Part shown: one piece after another, positions 14,471-28,879 of the stretch
Layout: each line of letters begins with the position of its first letter
How positions within the stretch are numbered: position 1 is the stretch's first letter
From: Podarcis erhardii
Taxonomy: Eukaryota
NCBI GenBank assembly: GCA_964252035.1
Contig: OZ176200.1
Length of the DNA: 64,000 nucleotides
Direction: 5' to 3' (one strand)
Translations under genes and position numbers: made by a program
Notes under the pieces: model-generated
Databases searched by the model: none
What the model was told of the DNA's origin: nothing
Seen by the model: only the letters and a program-made list of their open reading frames with translations

Positions 14471-15294
14471 TCCACCCTTTATGCCACTAGGAATTTCATC
14501 CATTGTGCTCACTAGGGAAATCACACACACGCTCGCACATCTTTTGGTGCTTTGGAAACATCTGAGGCAATGACTATCAAGCCCTGGTGGCGGTTGCCAC
14601 TGGGGATGCTGCAGAGGAGAGGAACCGTTTGGGGCTGCTGCTTGGAGCCCCATCAGCGCTGCAAATGCGGAGCTGTTCGTTTGGCTGCTCCAACTTTTAA
14701 AACAGTTCCAACAGCTGCCACGGCTTGGTGTCGGTGTCTTGGCTCCAAAGACCCCCTCGCCCCACAAGGCAGCAGCAGGAGTGCATCTACTGTTAATCGC
14801 ACAGTTAAAAGGTGTAATTAGTTATCTATATGCTGTTTTCCACTGGTTTTGCCAGCATTGTGTGTGCTGCACAAATACTGTACAGAAGAAAATATATATT
14901 TCAGTCCATAGCAAATAATGCACTTAGCTTTTAAAATCAAGCTTCCAGTTGGTTGTTGTTGGTTTTTTTTTTGTGTGTGTGTGTAACGGATTGTGAAACC
15001 AAGCAGGAGGGTGCTTAGTAGGAATTGTAGTGAGCAAGGTTACATCCTTTTGTGTAACTCATTGCTCCTGCCTGTGACTACCAAAGCAGCTTCAAATTCA
15101 GTTTTTCTTGGCAAAGATCATGGATCATTATGCCACAAAAGTGTAAACATGGCCTTGGGTATATAATTATCAAGAAAAATTTGCATAGGCCACCTTTTGA
15201 GGCATAGCTTGCTCATGGTTGATTACATAGCAGGAAAATACAATTTTTAAAAAATCAGTATTAACAATCACTGTGATACTGGTCTGCCTTATCA

Positions 15295-15637
15295 CAAGGA
15301 TCATTGAAATGTGTGTTCTTTGAAGCCTCAACGTATATGTTAAGGATAGACAATACGTTAAGGAGTTTAAAAATAAGAGTAGAGTGTTTTGAAAACGGAA
15401 GCATGGTACCAATATTTTTATTGTAAACTCAAAATTAACCAACTATTAACAATTCTATTAAAATAGTAACAATGTGTCACTTATGTGGATTGCATATTAA
15501 TGCATGCTTATCAAAAAAATAAAGTGTTGCTGATACCCGCTCCCCAAATGTGAGTAGACATTCTGTTTTGGCACCCACAATCCAGGTTCCAAGAGCCACT
15601 TGATTCCTAGCTTTTCTATCCCTGTTTCTAACACAGG
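15295..15637 (+). repeat. Copy 1 of a ~350-bp direct repeat in intron 1
   Basis: Colinear with 20346-20707; shared blocks include GAGTAGAGTGTTTTGAAAAC, TAGACATTCTGTTTTGGC and CCTAGCTTTTCTATCCC. Confidence 0.9.
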
Positions 15638-17299
15638 TTACAGCGTGGCTTTTCTGACTCTTTAAGAGTGCTGTTTTCTTTCTGAGATTATGAGCTGGTT
15701 TAGTATGATAAGATGTTGCTTCTTAGTAACAATTAGGTTGGGGATCACCAACACGTGCATTTCCTTGACCTGTGGAGGGGATTTTCTGAATGTGATGCAT
15801 GTATGCTCAGGTGTGCTGTGCACTTGGACCGAGAGAGCAGGAGAGATATTTGGCAAATGTGAAGTCTCTGAGAGAGTGGTGTGGCTAGGTTTTGCTGGTA
15901 CTGGGGAATGTTTCTTGTTAGACAGCAACAGTGCATGATGTGTGTGTGCGCGTGCACAACCTTATGGCAAGCGTGAGGTTGTGGCGAGGGGAGAAGCAAG
16001 GGCTGTACTCTCTAATTTTGTTATGACATGCCCCCATGGCAGCTATTTTAAGACTGGCCCCCACATGTGCCTGCTGACCCAGAAAAGTTGGCAACTCCAG
16101 GTTAGCTCAGGGGTGGGGAACTTTTGATCCTCCAGATATTGCTGGGCTATAGCTCTCATCACCCTTGGTTGTTGGCTGTACTGGGTGAGATTGATGGGGG
16201 AATTAGAGTCTAATAATACCTAGAAGGCCACTGTTTTTGCTGCACTTGGCTTGGGGACTTTATGCTGGTGATGGGTATGGCCACCCACATTCACGCACAT
16301 GAGACATGCAGCAGAAGTTTAAACCACTCCATCCAGTGATACAGTGTTACATGACCCCTTTTACCATTGCTGATTTGGGTGGTGCTGAACCTCTACTTGC
16401 TATTGATTGGAGTGCTCCTTCCTGTTTCTGGAGTGTTCCAATCTGCTATTATGCGTTTTGAGCATTCCAATGTTTTGCAAGCACTTGGGAAAATATCAGA
16501 AGATATTGGAACACTCTGATCTACTTTGATCAGTGGCAGATAGGAGGTATTTTGTTCAGTGCTATTGGCCCTGGGCTAAGCTCTGCTGGACCAGCAAAAA
16601 AAGGCCTGGTGGGCTGGATCAGACTTGCAGTCCAGTTAAATCAGAAGTGGCGAATCACTTATTTGTATTGGAAAATATAAAGCACCAATGGGAAATTATT
16701 AAATCAGTTATTTCAGTTGGCTGCTACAGCTTCAGGATGCATTTGAAATTGCCTTGATAACTCAGTCCACGCTGATTTTCTAGCAGATTCTCTTGTCTAG
16801 CTGGTTGTGGCTTTCAGTGTGAGGAACGGCTAGAGTACTCTTGGGGATCTGGGAAGTTTGGACCATAGCCAGTGCCAAACGAGATCGCAACCTCCCAACC
16901 TTTTCCCTTAGCAGTGTGCTACTGAATATGTGCATTTAACACTGTAAGGCAGTTCTGTTTATATTCCTCAGATGTTGGTTTTCTGTGTACTTTGTGCTTC
17001 GGTTTTCAGCAGCTTATTGGATCTGTTACGTTGCAGTAGTGTGCCATCAGCAGTTTGACAAGTAACTTTAAATCTTACTGCCGTAACTAGAAAACCATGT
17101 TCTTTAAAAGCCAATGACCATTTTTTCAAACCGTAAACTTGGTTGAGATGTCAGGCCAAATCATGGTTTAAACTTCCAAATATAAAATGGAATTGTTTTG
17201 TCGGCTTTCTTCTTCCGTGCATTCAGTTTCGTAAGTTTGCTCCCTGCACCTCCAAGTGCAGTAGCTTCTGGAGTTGGAGTGATGGCTGTAACTTACAGT

Positions 17300-18960
17300 C
17301 TGTCCATTTAGACATTGCATCGTGATAATTCAACATGGTTTTCAAACCTGGTTCTGACTGTAATAGGCCAATTGTCTTTATCTTTTAAAAAGTTCCTCCT
17401 GGTGTCGCCCTTGCTCAGATCTTTTACAGAGACTCCCCTTACATTAAGGTTGAAGTCGCCCCATAGTATGCCTTTTCCATCAGCAAATTTATTTAATTTA
17501 CACAAAACTTTTCAAATAAAGTCAAGTCACTTTGAGTTTGGTTGCATATAGGGATCTAGCAGTTTACATTATTATTAAAGGGACACTGAATGGTTAAAAA
17601 AAAATACCATTCTTGTATTTCAGTATTGAATGGATTTTAAAGTTTATTCCTTTGCCAAAAATGACTGCTACCATCCTGTCCTTTACTTGAACCTGGTGCT
17701 GTCACTTGGTGTTGAAACCAATTACCACTGAAGATTTTACTTTCCCTAGGGGGTTTTAACAAGAGATACAAAGGCAATTTGTGGCTTGTATGTCTAGGCA
17801 TTTCTTTTTTATAGGATCACTAATTCCCCTCATGTTCACTGTTACTGTTTCTAGTGTTAAAGACTAACCTGTAACTAGGATACCATTCTCCTTGAGATTT
17901 GGTTAAAGTCACAAGTTAAGTCTTGTCAACAGTATCTGGAGGATCTAGGATATAGCTGCTTTGTGTGTTGTAGTGGTCTCCTCTGTTGTTATGCATGAGA
18001 TGTTTGCTGGATCTTTTGCTCTAGTTTGCATCCTCCCAACATCCATTGGAAAATTCAGCATTCTCTTCTTCCATTGCCGCCTCTTGTTGTCATCCCAGAA
18101 GTAGGTTGATTCCAAGTGTTGCGGAGATCTGTTGCTTCCAGTCTATTTGTTGATGTGAGGCGTGTTGATCCTCTCATGGCAATAAGATGTTAGAGGAAGC
18201 CCCAGCGATATTTAACTCCTGCTTCTTGCAGTTTAATCATGCAAGCACATAGATTTTTCCTTTCCCCCCCTGTGTTTCAGAAGCCAGATCCTGCATCAGC
18301 ATAACTGGACTGCTTTTATAAGTTATGGATATTAGGTTCCTTGGTTTTTTACATGCTTCCTCCTCCTTCCTGTATCAGGCAAAGCAGACAGTTACATGAC
18401 AGGGGGAAGGGAGGTCTCTCCCCTAGTTTGAGTCTAAGTGCTCTGTGTTCCAGTTCAGAATAATCAACAGAGGTTATGAGGTCTGGAAGCAGTGATTTAA
18501 GCATGAGGCAAATATTGTGCAGGATCTTTCTGTTCTACTCTCTCTACAAAAAAATGAAAACATAAATTAATTCTCCTGTTTTGATTTTTCTGCATCTTCA
18601 AGCTTGCTGAATGTATCTTCATTTTCTTTTTGTAATTGTTTGATCTTGTCTTAGATTTGGCTTAATTATTTTGTTGCTGTAGTTGTTTCTGTTAAACAAT
18701 CAAGCCACATTTTAAATTCTGCCAGTTTTGTTTTCAGTGGAAGCATTAGTTCATTCTACGTATTTTTAATAAGCTCCTTTTATTACTTCTTCTGCTGCAA
18801 GTTCATCTCCTCAGATATTGTTACCATTTTCTTTCTCCAGTGAGAAAGAGGCATCTTTTGAAGGCACTGCCATCTTGGCTGAGGCCTGCATTAGTGTCGC
18901 AGTTGAAGTGAGCCTTCTATCTCAGAAAGAATTGATTAAATCAAGAACTCTACCTCTTAT
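17300..18960 (-). mobile_element. Old L1/Tx1-like LINE fragment
   Basis: Minus ORF 17308-17505 contains ILWGDFN, like the xxGDFN motif of L1 endonucleases; the upstream minus strand is A-rich as in L1 ORF1. Extent is uncertain. Confidence 0.45.
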
Positions 18961-19020
18961 CTGTGTCCCGTCCCCCCCCCCCATAATTGGGAATCAAAAG
19001 TGGCTATATAAGAAACATAA

Positions 19021-19153
19021 TATAGCTTAGTTGGGTAGAGCATGGTGCTGATAACACCAAGGTCACAGGTTCGATCCCCATAAGGGACAGCTGCATATTT
19101 CTGCATTGAAGGAGGTTTCAACTAGATGATCCTCAGGGGTACCTTCCATCTCT
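19021..19153 (+). mobile_element. tRNA-Ile-derived SINE with CR1-like tail
   Basis: A box TAGCTTAGTTGG, anticodon arm GGTGCTGATAACACC, B box GGTTCGATCC, then a CR1-like ACTAGATGATCCTCAGGGGTACCTTCCATCTCTG. Confidence 0.75.
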
Positions 19154-20345
19154 GATCTCACAGGATGATATTTAAAGGCAAAATGACCCCCCTCTTGAAT
19201 GCATTAAGACTGCCAAATTGCAGGCAGATTCCCTCCAGAGCTCTTTGCTCAAAACTTTAAGGTTTTAAAAGTATCTAGCTTTTTTATCTTCTGTCAGAAG
19301 TAGGTGCAATTTTCAGGCATGTTTGTCCCTTCTGAGGTAGTGAAGCCTACCGGCTTTCAGAATGTTAGCTGGAGTGATTCTTTGCAAGGGAAGACTTCTC
19401 TCTTTTTTTGGAAGATGAATAAAATAGAAAACACTTCACCTCCCTATATGTTCTGCGGACAGTCTGAGAAGTGGTAATATGAGGCAGGTGCCCTTGAGTA
19501 AGTGCATGGTAGTAGTCTTACCAATAAGCAACACAACTGGGAGCTCCTTTAAGGGACAAGCAGGTTTAGCTGATTTAAGGGGGAAGTAGAAGTCTGAGAG
19601 GGAGAACGGAGGAATGTTTAGAAACTTTGAACAAGCAATGTAAAACCAGGGCAGGGAAACAATTCACAATTAAAAAAAAAAAACCTAAACATATGTATCA
19701 GCAGGATGGTGGGTGGACTCTGAGAAGTTTGCACAAACAAGGAAAAGGAATAGAACTGAATGAAAAGCAAATAATTATAGTAGGTGTTTGTTGGAAAAAA
19801 GGAAGGATTTGAATAAAGAGGAACAAATAAATAATATGACTTGTCCAACAATTGAACTAAGGGAGAGAGAATATGCAGAGACCATATAATGTGAGCCCTC
19901 TTAAAGTTTTCAGAATATCTAAGCAAAGACATATGAGGGAGGGAAGAATGAACAGTGGTTTGAAAACAAGTTGATTGTTGAAGTATGGATTTTTAATTGT
20001 TAGGAAATGGCAAGTGATTGGGAAGGAGTTCAACATCCCTTCACTATGATTGGAGTGCCCTGGGAAAATAATCACTGTGATTAAAACCCATGCCTGTCAA
20101 TCAAAACAAAATATTTTCCCAAACAGTTCTCCACTGAAACTCATGATGTTGGCTTTAGTTGTTAAAAAATAGGTAGGTTGATGCATTTTAAAGACCTTAC
20201 CTTAAAAACTAACTTTCAAATTTCTATTGATTTCAGTTCAGGGTTCAAAATTAGCAGCGCGCCAGACGCATTTTGTGCCTAAATATCCTCCATTTGTGAG
20301 CACCTCAGAAAGTCTGGGTGCCATTTTTTGCACCTGGCTGACACC

Positions 20346-20707
20346 CAAGGATTACTGAAATGTGTGTGCTATGAAGCCTCAAAGTATCTTTTAAGGATAG
20401 ACAGTATGTTAAGGAGTTTCACAATAAAGAGTAGAGTGTTTTGAAAACTGAAGTATGGTACTAATATTTTTATTGTAAACACCAAATTAAACATGTAGTA
20501 ACAATTTCTGCTTAAAAATATGATATTAACAATGTGTCGCATATGTGAATTGCACTCTAGTTCATGCTTATCAAAATAATAAATAAAAAGTCTTGCCAAA
20601 CCGCCCCCCCCCTGCTATGGAGAATAGACATTCTGTTTTGGCTCTCACAACCCAGGTCCCAGAAGTCATTTGGCTCCTAGCTTTTCTATCCCAGTTTCTA
20701 ACACTGG
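20346..20707 (+). repeat. Copy 2 of the ~350-bp direct repeat in intron 1
   Basis: Colinear with 15295-15637. Confidence 0.9.
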
Positions 20708-22184
20708 TATCAGGATGTTTGGAGCAGTAATTTATCCATGTTGAGAACTAGTATGGTCTTATTTCATTCATCTTCAGTTTTTAAATCGTTGGTGAGCTAA
20801 AGAGTATTTATGGAACCAATACCAATAATGTTTCATTGTTTGTAGGAGAGATGCCAAGGTGTGCCTCTGCTTTGAAATAGTGCTGATTAAGTAATACTGG
20901 AGAACTAGATTATTCATAATCTTGTATTGATGAACAATTCTGTTGTCCTTTGGCTGTGATGGTTTATAAGCAGAGGGGTTGGGGCGATCGTGGTGGTTTT
21001 ATCCCACTTTTTGATAAAAGTTCAGTGCAGCAAACATGGGTAATCATGCTTTCCTAAGAACATTGTGAGGATAAACTAGGTTGAGAGGATACAATTGGTG
21101 ACTCACAGAATTTCTGCAGAGTTCTGTCTACAAGCTTCAGATTTGTCTTAGAGTAGTAGGCAGACTGAAAGTATGGTACATATGCTTTGGTTACTCCCGG
21201 TTTGGATTACTGAAGTGTACTCAGCTAGGTACACTTAGACCTAGTTAGAAACCTTATGATGACTAGAGTTTAGACAGTGGCCTGCCTTTTTAAAAAATCA
21301 AAATCTGATCCTATATCACCTTGTCTCCCAGTTTCTTGCTGAGCTCTATTTAGACTATTGTTTGTTCCCTCCCAGGATTATTACTTTCTATAATATTTTA
21401 GTTAATTTGAAAGACACCTGGAAAAAATAGTTACCAGGTTCTGCAAATGCTGTTAAATGTTTTGTACTAATATGCACTACCAAAATGTAGACCAAAAAAT
21501 GGCAAAGGGTCCTTGAGCTCAATGTGTTTATAGTATTGCTTTATAGATAATTTGAAAAGATTAATATTTCTCTTTAAAGATGAACTCCTTGCATTGTCAT
21601 AGTGTACTTTATATTCACCACAGTGATCTTCAGTACAAATCAATTGTTAGTACTGGTGCCAATACTGAGTAATCTCCACTTCAAAAATGTGGGTTTCTTT
21701 CAGAAACCATTTAGGCAGCATAAAATATTGTCTAGGACGCTCTTAAGCATCACATGCTGATGAGAGAGACCTTCCTATACCAGGGCTGGGGAATTTGTGA
21801 CTTTTATGGGATACTATCTCCCTATAGCCCTTGACAATATTGCCAGTGGGCAGGGATTGTTAAGGGAGATGTAGTCCAGCAACATTTGGAGGGCCACAAT
21901 TAATAATATACAGTAATCCTATTGCTGGAAAGCATCCATAATATACCCATCCCTCCTGCCATTTTAAGCTTAAACCTATCAGACAAGAAATCCTGTTGCG
22001 TATCTCCCATATAACATCTGGTTGGGTTTCAGGAATACCATTGATGTGAATAAAATAAAGTGTTTCCTTGCTCTAATTATCCCAGTGTATAAGGAGAGAT
22101 GTGGGTTTTGTTGTTTACCCTGTTTTTTATGAGGAACAAGCTGTCTCCTATCACAGGAACATACATAGTTTCTTTGTACCAAAT

Positions 22185-22322
22185 CAGACCATTAATCCTG
22201 ATAGCTCCCATTGTATACTGTCCGGCAGTGACTCTCCAACATTTCAGGTCTTTCTGTGTGATACCAGGGATTGAACCTGGGTCCTTGTTGCATGCAAAAT
22301 GTTTTCTGCAACTAAGCTGATT
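22185..22322 (-). mobile_element. Degraded tRNA-derived squamate SINE (Squam3-like)
   Basis: Minus strand TCAGCTTAGTTGCAGAAAACATTTTGCATGCAACAAGGACCCAGGTTCAATCCCTGG has A/B boxes, followed by GGAGAGTCACTGCC body sequence. Confidence 0.6.
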
Positions 22323-25300
22323 CTAGGCTGTTTTCACTTTCTTTACTATCATCTTCATGCTCCTCCCATTATACACCAGACAGCTCTCTTTATTATTGCT
22401 CTTCAGAGATTTCACCCTCCCTTCAAACTTGCTAGTGAACTTGTAGCTGTAGCATACCTGTAGCCCTTTCCTTACATGAGTAAGGATGAGCGAGCCCCTT
22501 GCTGTTCAAATGTAACATGAAGTTTATATGCTTTTAGCTAATACATAGACATTTCTACTCTTAAATTGTGTTGTGTGTGTTGCAGCCTTTTTCCTGGACT
22601 AGTTCATTATTTAAAAAAGAAACCAAAATGACACATACTGACCGTATTTATCCTAAGCTATCTACTCTAGGGTTTTTCTATATAATGTATTGCAGTTAGT
22701 GTGCAAAATACAAAGAGTTCAGGTACATGTTTTAAGTATAAACTCTCTTCAAACAAGTATTCTCATTTTTAAAAGAACATGTTAGAATCATCTTTGTGTG
22801 ATCCACAAACTATCCAGTAAGCTATAGCTTTGTATTAGACAGTACATGCGACTCACTTATGTGGGAGTTACATTCCAGGGTCACGCGTGCAAGTAGTTTG
22901 TGTGCAAGTGGGGAGTTGCCTGTAATAGAGAAAACATTATACTAGGGGCGTTCAGAATGCTTTGCTATTCATTAAGAAATTGACAAAGGATTAAAATAAA
23001 ATTTGTTTAATTGCCATAAATTTCAGTGCATTTATTCTGCTTGTCTTTCAAGCTGGTAATGCCTGCCAAATTTCAAGTGTTTGATTATGAGCCCAATCTA
23101 CTGCTGCCTTGTCTGTGCTTCATTGTCAGCAAATTGTCTTCATACCTGGGATTTAAAATATCAAAATAGGTAGTAATTGCTAAGGGCTTTAAAGGGATTA
23201 TAAGATGCATGCTCAAGGCCCCACTCCTTAATAGTGAGGTGTGCATGTGTGTGTTGTCAAGGAAGAGCCAAACAGTCTCCAAGGATCTCCTGAGGTGATG
23301 GCTGTGAGCCAGTTATTGAGAAGAAGTGCCTTGAGTTGAATTTAACCTCTGGAAACAGAATGCCAGTGTTAGAAAAACAGGAGTGGAACTGTTCCAAAAA
23401 CTTCTTTGATTAATCAATCCTTTGTTATGTGAAGTTCTAGGGAACCCATCTTGCAGTCACCTTTTGTATAAAAATAATGGATGGTTATGAATGAACCCAC
23501 CCCCCTTTTCAGAGTTTTGCCATCTTTTTTAGACAATTTGGGATAGTTTGTAATAGCACCAGTTGGTTCAGGGTTGATTGCAGTTGGGGTTGGCTATATC
23601 CTGGGTCATGAAGAGAATTTCAGCTGTGCTTAAACTCTTGAAACATTGTTTAATATGGGATACACAATGAGTACACCAATTTAGACCTTCATCTATTTGT
23701 TTAGGATTATGGCCTTCAAAGGCCACTGTTCACCCTTCCATGAATAATTCACCTTGATCTCCTCATGTGCCTCCCATTTGGCTCGGGTTGGTTCTAAGGA
23801 GACCCCCAGGACAGTGTACATGGAGAGGCGGGGGTTCATTCTGTCTGGCAAGCTTAAATGCTTGTGCAGAAGGAAAGTTTATAATAGTGTGACATTGAAT
23901 TCCACCCTTAGTCTAAATATAATATTTTAATAATTTTAATTACACACCTTTTATGCTCACCTTAAGCTGAACAATAGCTTATATTTGTTGCATTGTATTC
24001 ATTCTCTGTAAAGTTACAAAATATATTGAACACCCTTTGTGTATATATGAATAGTAAAACCATGATGCACCAAATTAGTGTTGTGGTATCTTCACCACTG
24101 GAATTGATCCACCAGTGGAGTGTTGTTCTGGCATATTTGGAGTTCTGTTGGGAGTATCTGTCATGCCTGCAATGTATCTTGTATTCTGCTGATGAAGCAG
24201 GGCTCCCACCAGATCCCAAGAGCTTCTCAACCAGCACTCAAGGATAGGATTGTGCCTAAAGTGTGTGTGTTTGGGTTACAACTGCCTAAGCCAAACTTTA
24301 TTCCTACATCGTTTAAGAAGTGTTATTTTGTTGTTGTTGGACCTTAAACAAACTATATTCATGTTCATTTGAGTGGTGTGCTTTTATAAGAACTTCATTA
24401 TAAATAACCGGTTATAGAGTGTACTAGCTGGCATTTGTAGTTTCCCTTTTTAGATTATATTGATGACATACATCTATTTTAACTGAAAGTTGTTTCCATT
24501 GGCTTAGATAGCAATGCATTGTGGACTAAAGGGGAGTAATGTGTGTTGCAGGTGTTTTCTGTTCCAGGAGCTTTTTCTGAAGTATACCAGTCTAAGAAAA
24601 AAATAGGTTTGATTATTCATTAAAACTATGCGGTCTCTTACTTTGTGCAAGCAAACTTATGCAATCCAGCTTCCTCTTCTGCAGTTCGCACACCCTTCCA
24701 CATCTGCTCAAGATCTTGGGGGGGGGGGCATGCTGTAGAGAGAAGGAAGGTGACGTTTTATGCATGAGATAAAGCATGTTTGGTGGCATAGGCAGCGGCT
24801 GTTTTAAGTGCATCCAATATGTGTGGGACCACACAGAACCAAAAAGTGCCCTGAAAAGTCATAAGAAAGTAAAAAAAAAGTGGCAGAATGGGGTGGGACA
24901 GCCTTACGCAGGCCCCCCTGACATGTTTGGGGGGGGTCTGAAATGTAACCCACACACAGTTGGTCGTTGCCTGTAGATGGATATTTTTCAATTACATTTG
25001 ACAATGCGCTCAAATTCTAAAACTTTTATTCACATCTATTTTTAGTAATAGAAATGCACACAGCTGTTAAAATCTGCCATAGTGTAAAAAATGAAAAAAA
25101 TGAAAACATCAACACTGTTTTTACAGCATTCATAAATACATTCTTTATCAAGAGAACAAACATATGGTAATCCTGTTGTATTAATTGCTTTTATAGGGAT
25201 GAGAAATAAAAAGCAAGCATCTTTGGGTTGGGCTAAATATCTCAAAACATCATAGATAAATTTGATGCTTGCTTATATTAATTGACTTAATGGATATTTA

Positions 25301-28300
25301 ATAGCATTCATTTTAGACTTGGTTGGCTTGTTAACTTTTTTCCTCTTAGATATAACCCCTTGTATGTTTTTAAATAAATCTGCAGTGCAAACACTACTTA
25401 ATGTTTTCAGTACTATTTTGTAGAAAATTTGCCATTACTTGTTTTGTTGCCAAAGTTGTCATTATTTATATTAATAACTTTATCATTTTCTGGGGGATGT
25501 TTCCCATTCTGCACTCAAGATCCAAATTGGGTTTGCAGATAGCTGCTGTTGATGTGCCTCTTTGACTTGATGTGTTGGGCCCAATCTTACACTTCTACGG
25601 TCGGTCCTCTGATCCCTACCTCCTGGAAATAGGTTTATAACAATTCTTGAAATATCCAGATTTAAGCATATGTTTTATAAACAACCATACAGCTTGATGT
25701 ATGGAACTCCTCAGTTTGCTTCCCCCTTCTGAAGGCGTCTTGGGAAGATATTGAAGGAAAAAGAAAATATGGGGGGAAATTCTCAACATCCATGGTAACA
25801 CACGAGAGATTACTTGGATTGTGTTACAATAGCCCGCCCTTCTAGTCATTTTTAAAGTTCTGAAAGTCCCTTATTAAGCAGGCAAATATATGTGGAGGTT
25901 CTCAAGACTAAAGTAGAGTTGTTAAACAGAAATTCTGTTGAAATTAAACTAGGCTGCAATGTGAACAAACTTGTAAAGTGATATAAAGACACAAGAGATA
26001 ATTCAAGATGTGTAGCATAGGGCAAGAGTTGATCAAGAATGTTTAGAGCTGAAACAAGAAGGTGAATAAGAATGTCTGAATGGATATAAGAGATGATTTG
26101 GAAGGGAGCAAAAAACAAACGACATACCTAACTGTCAGTAAGAAAAATAATAACCAAGCATTGAGATAAGATGGTGTAGAAGGGATATGGCAGTGGAGAC
26201 TTCAAATGATGGCAAAATAGAGAAAATCTACCAATGGGATAAGATCAAGAATTTGACTTGACTAATGAGTACAAGACCTCGACATTGTACCTCCTCTAAG
26301 GGCAGCTATATGCATTGGATTTGTATCTGATCTCAACCCCACCCCCCTGCAATCTGTGGTATATACTGCAATAGGTAGGTGAAATTGGCTTACCTGCCGC
26401 TCACAAGCAGAAAGAAAGTCATCATTGGATACGACCCAAAACACAACTTAAGCTGTTGTGAATGCATAGATGACTTTCACCATGCAGATCAACTTGGAGA
26501 GGGAGACAGGAAAGCATTTGGCCCATGACCTCAAGCTCAAAGGACACATTATAAGTAGACACTTGTGGGGTTGTGGTGGCTTATTGTTGAGTGGTTGTGG
26601 TTTTGGCATTTCGAGGGTTTTCCAACTTGTTTTTATGCATATTGGGCCAAATTAGAGCTGCAAATTTAAACAGATTAGATTCGTGATTTAGTAAAAGACA
26701 AAACATTTTGCTTAACTGGTAAAGATTTTGTCAGACGCTTAAAAACATTTGGAAAGTAGTCAAATTATTCCCACTCCTCCCTTTCCTTATTTTTTGTGTT
26801 TTCATTTTTTATTTTTATCATCTCTAGTAAGAGTGGAGGCTGGTCCATCAGGCCAACCAGGGCTTAGCCCTACTTACTGAAATGTTTTTCAGTTTTTAAA
26901 GAATTTTCCCAAATCTCAAAGCCCATACTCTTTATTCTGTACACCATTCCACAATCCATTTGAAATTTGAGAGGCTCCTCCTAAAGACATTTCTGGCCAA
27001 CCTAGTCTCTGTACCACTCAGCCAATCTCAACCCACTCAACTGTTCTAGGCAGAAAAAACCTTGGTAATGAATTTGTATCTTATCAGAGCTCCTGGCTCC
27101 TGGTCCTGGTTGTGAAGTTTCCTGCTCTCTCTTGTTGTCATGATGGCAACTGTATGATGTATATAACCTTAACAGGTCTATCCTTTTGTTAGACCTGGGA
27201 ACTCAGTACTTCTGTTCTGAGCATGCTGAGCAAGGCCACACCTCCACGCAACTAAAAGTACATTCTTTGTAGCTAGCCAGGGGAAAGGTGTGGTTACTAG
27301 TTCAGGCATGTTGGTTTTGATCAAGACTTGTTAAGAGACAGCAATGGTGCACACAGTGCGAGTCTTTCTACACTATCTATTTTTTACTATCATTTGAGCT
27401 TATTTTTTGAATGGTTCAGATGAGAACTCATTGTGCAAAGCAAATACGTATTATGGGAACATGGATCACACCCTGCCTGTACAACTCAACCAGTCAAGCC
27501 TCTCCCAGCAGATAATCACACACCCAGTTTGCTCAGGACCTTCATGTAGAGCCCAGTCTGGCTTGAATATGTCCCAGACCTCATGTTTTTTCATGTTTCC
27601 AAACCTATCCTCCTACCCCAATTCAAGAATAGGAACAAGCAGGCTGGAGAAAAACATTTTATTTGTAGTATACTTTTAACAGTGTTCTGTTTACCCATTC
27701 TTTCCTCCAAGAAGTTCAGGGTGGAAAATTCATGAATATTCTTCTCCCCCTTTATCCTTAGAACAAACTGTTGAGGTAGGTTAGGCTGATGGAGAGTAGC
27801 TGTCCCAAGGTCACAGAGTGAGCTTCATGACTAAGTTGTGATTTTAATACTGATCTCTCAGCTGTTAGTCATTTTAAAAAATCTTCATTTTTTCCACATT
27901 CTGGAAAAATGTGTCTAGATTTCTCCATTGATTACTTCAGATGACTGATTTCTAGTGGGGCTTTTCAAAAACAGGTCCTTCATGTTAGCTTTGCAATTTT
28001 GTCTGTGGTTTTATTTAGAGATAAAAGAATTATTGACTAAAGAATCTTAATAAATGTCACTGGGTGAATTGCCCCTTCTTTGCAAGATTAAAATGAGTTG
28101 AAATGTATTGTCGCACCGATTATGTAAACATAATTTAGTAGTAACAAAACCAGATTGCTTTAGGTTTGTGCTACATTTATAGATGATGGATCCCACTGAT
28201 TGGTGGGATTGTTAGAATATGTACAGACAGTGACCAATTTATGTGGGGGATACATTCCAAGGCGCATGTGCTTATGTGAAATCGCATATAATTGGAACGC

Positions 28301-28879
28301 CCATTGGGAAAGCTTGCAGACACCATTGTTCTGCCCCCACCCACCCATTTTGTGATTTTTTGGCTCACTTCAGGGTTTGGCACAATGTGCGTTTGTGCGA
28401 TCACACACATATCGGACGAGCCTAAAACAGTTGCTGCCTGTATTTGAGTTTCAGATAATGAGAAAAATTCAAATATTTTGGTTACCTTTCATGATAAATA
28501 ATTAGAGAACTTCAGTGTCATGCCAAAAAGTCTCATTGGTGACATTTCTATTGTAACTCCACAATTTTCCAACAACATCAGATCTATTCCCTATAGTAGA
28601 GGGCTCCAGCTGGATATGCGAGACAGTTACATATTTTGAAATCTGTTCTTTTATAGTCTATTTCTTAAGAGGGCTACTGTTGCATAAATGTTACTTCTGT
28701 TCTAAAAACATTTCAGCAAGAAACCTTATTTTGCTATTAGTGTTTGTAGTTTGTCAAACGACAATTGTCAAACGAAATAGTTCAAAACAACAATTATTCT
28801 GCTACTTTTTATTTATTTACTTTAAAAACAGTTTGAGATGCATGCCAAGTTGAGGTAAAATCATAAGTACTGGGAACAG

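Noticed and set aside
19021-19090. Functional tRNA-Ile(GAT) gene
   Set aside because: No acceptor stem and a LINE-derived tail follows, so it is treated as a SINE.
24189-24230. CTGATGA hammerhead-like core
   Set aside because: No stem II followed by GAAA downstream.
25560-26450. Possible LINE ORF2 remnant
   Set aside because: Composition is suggestive but I could not identify a diagnostic motif.
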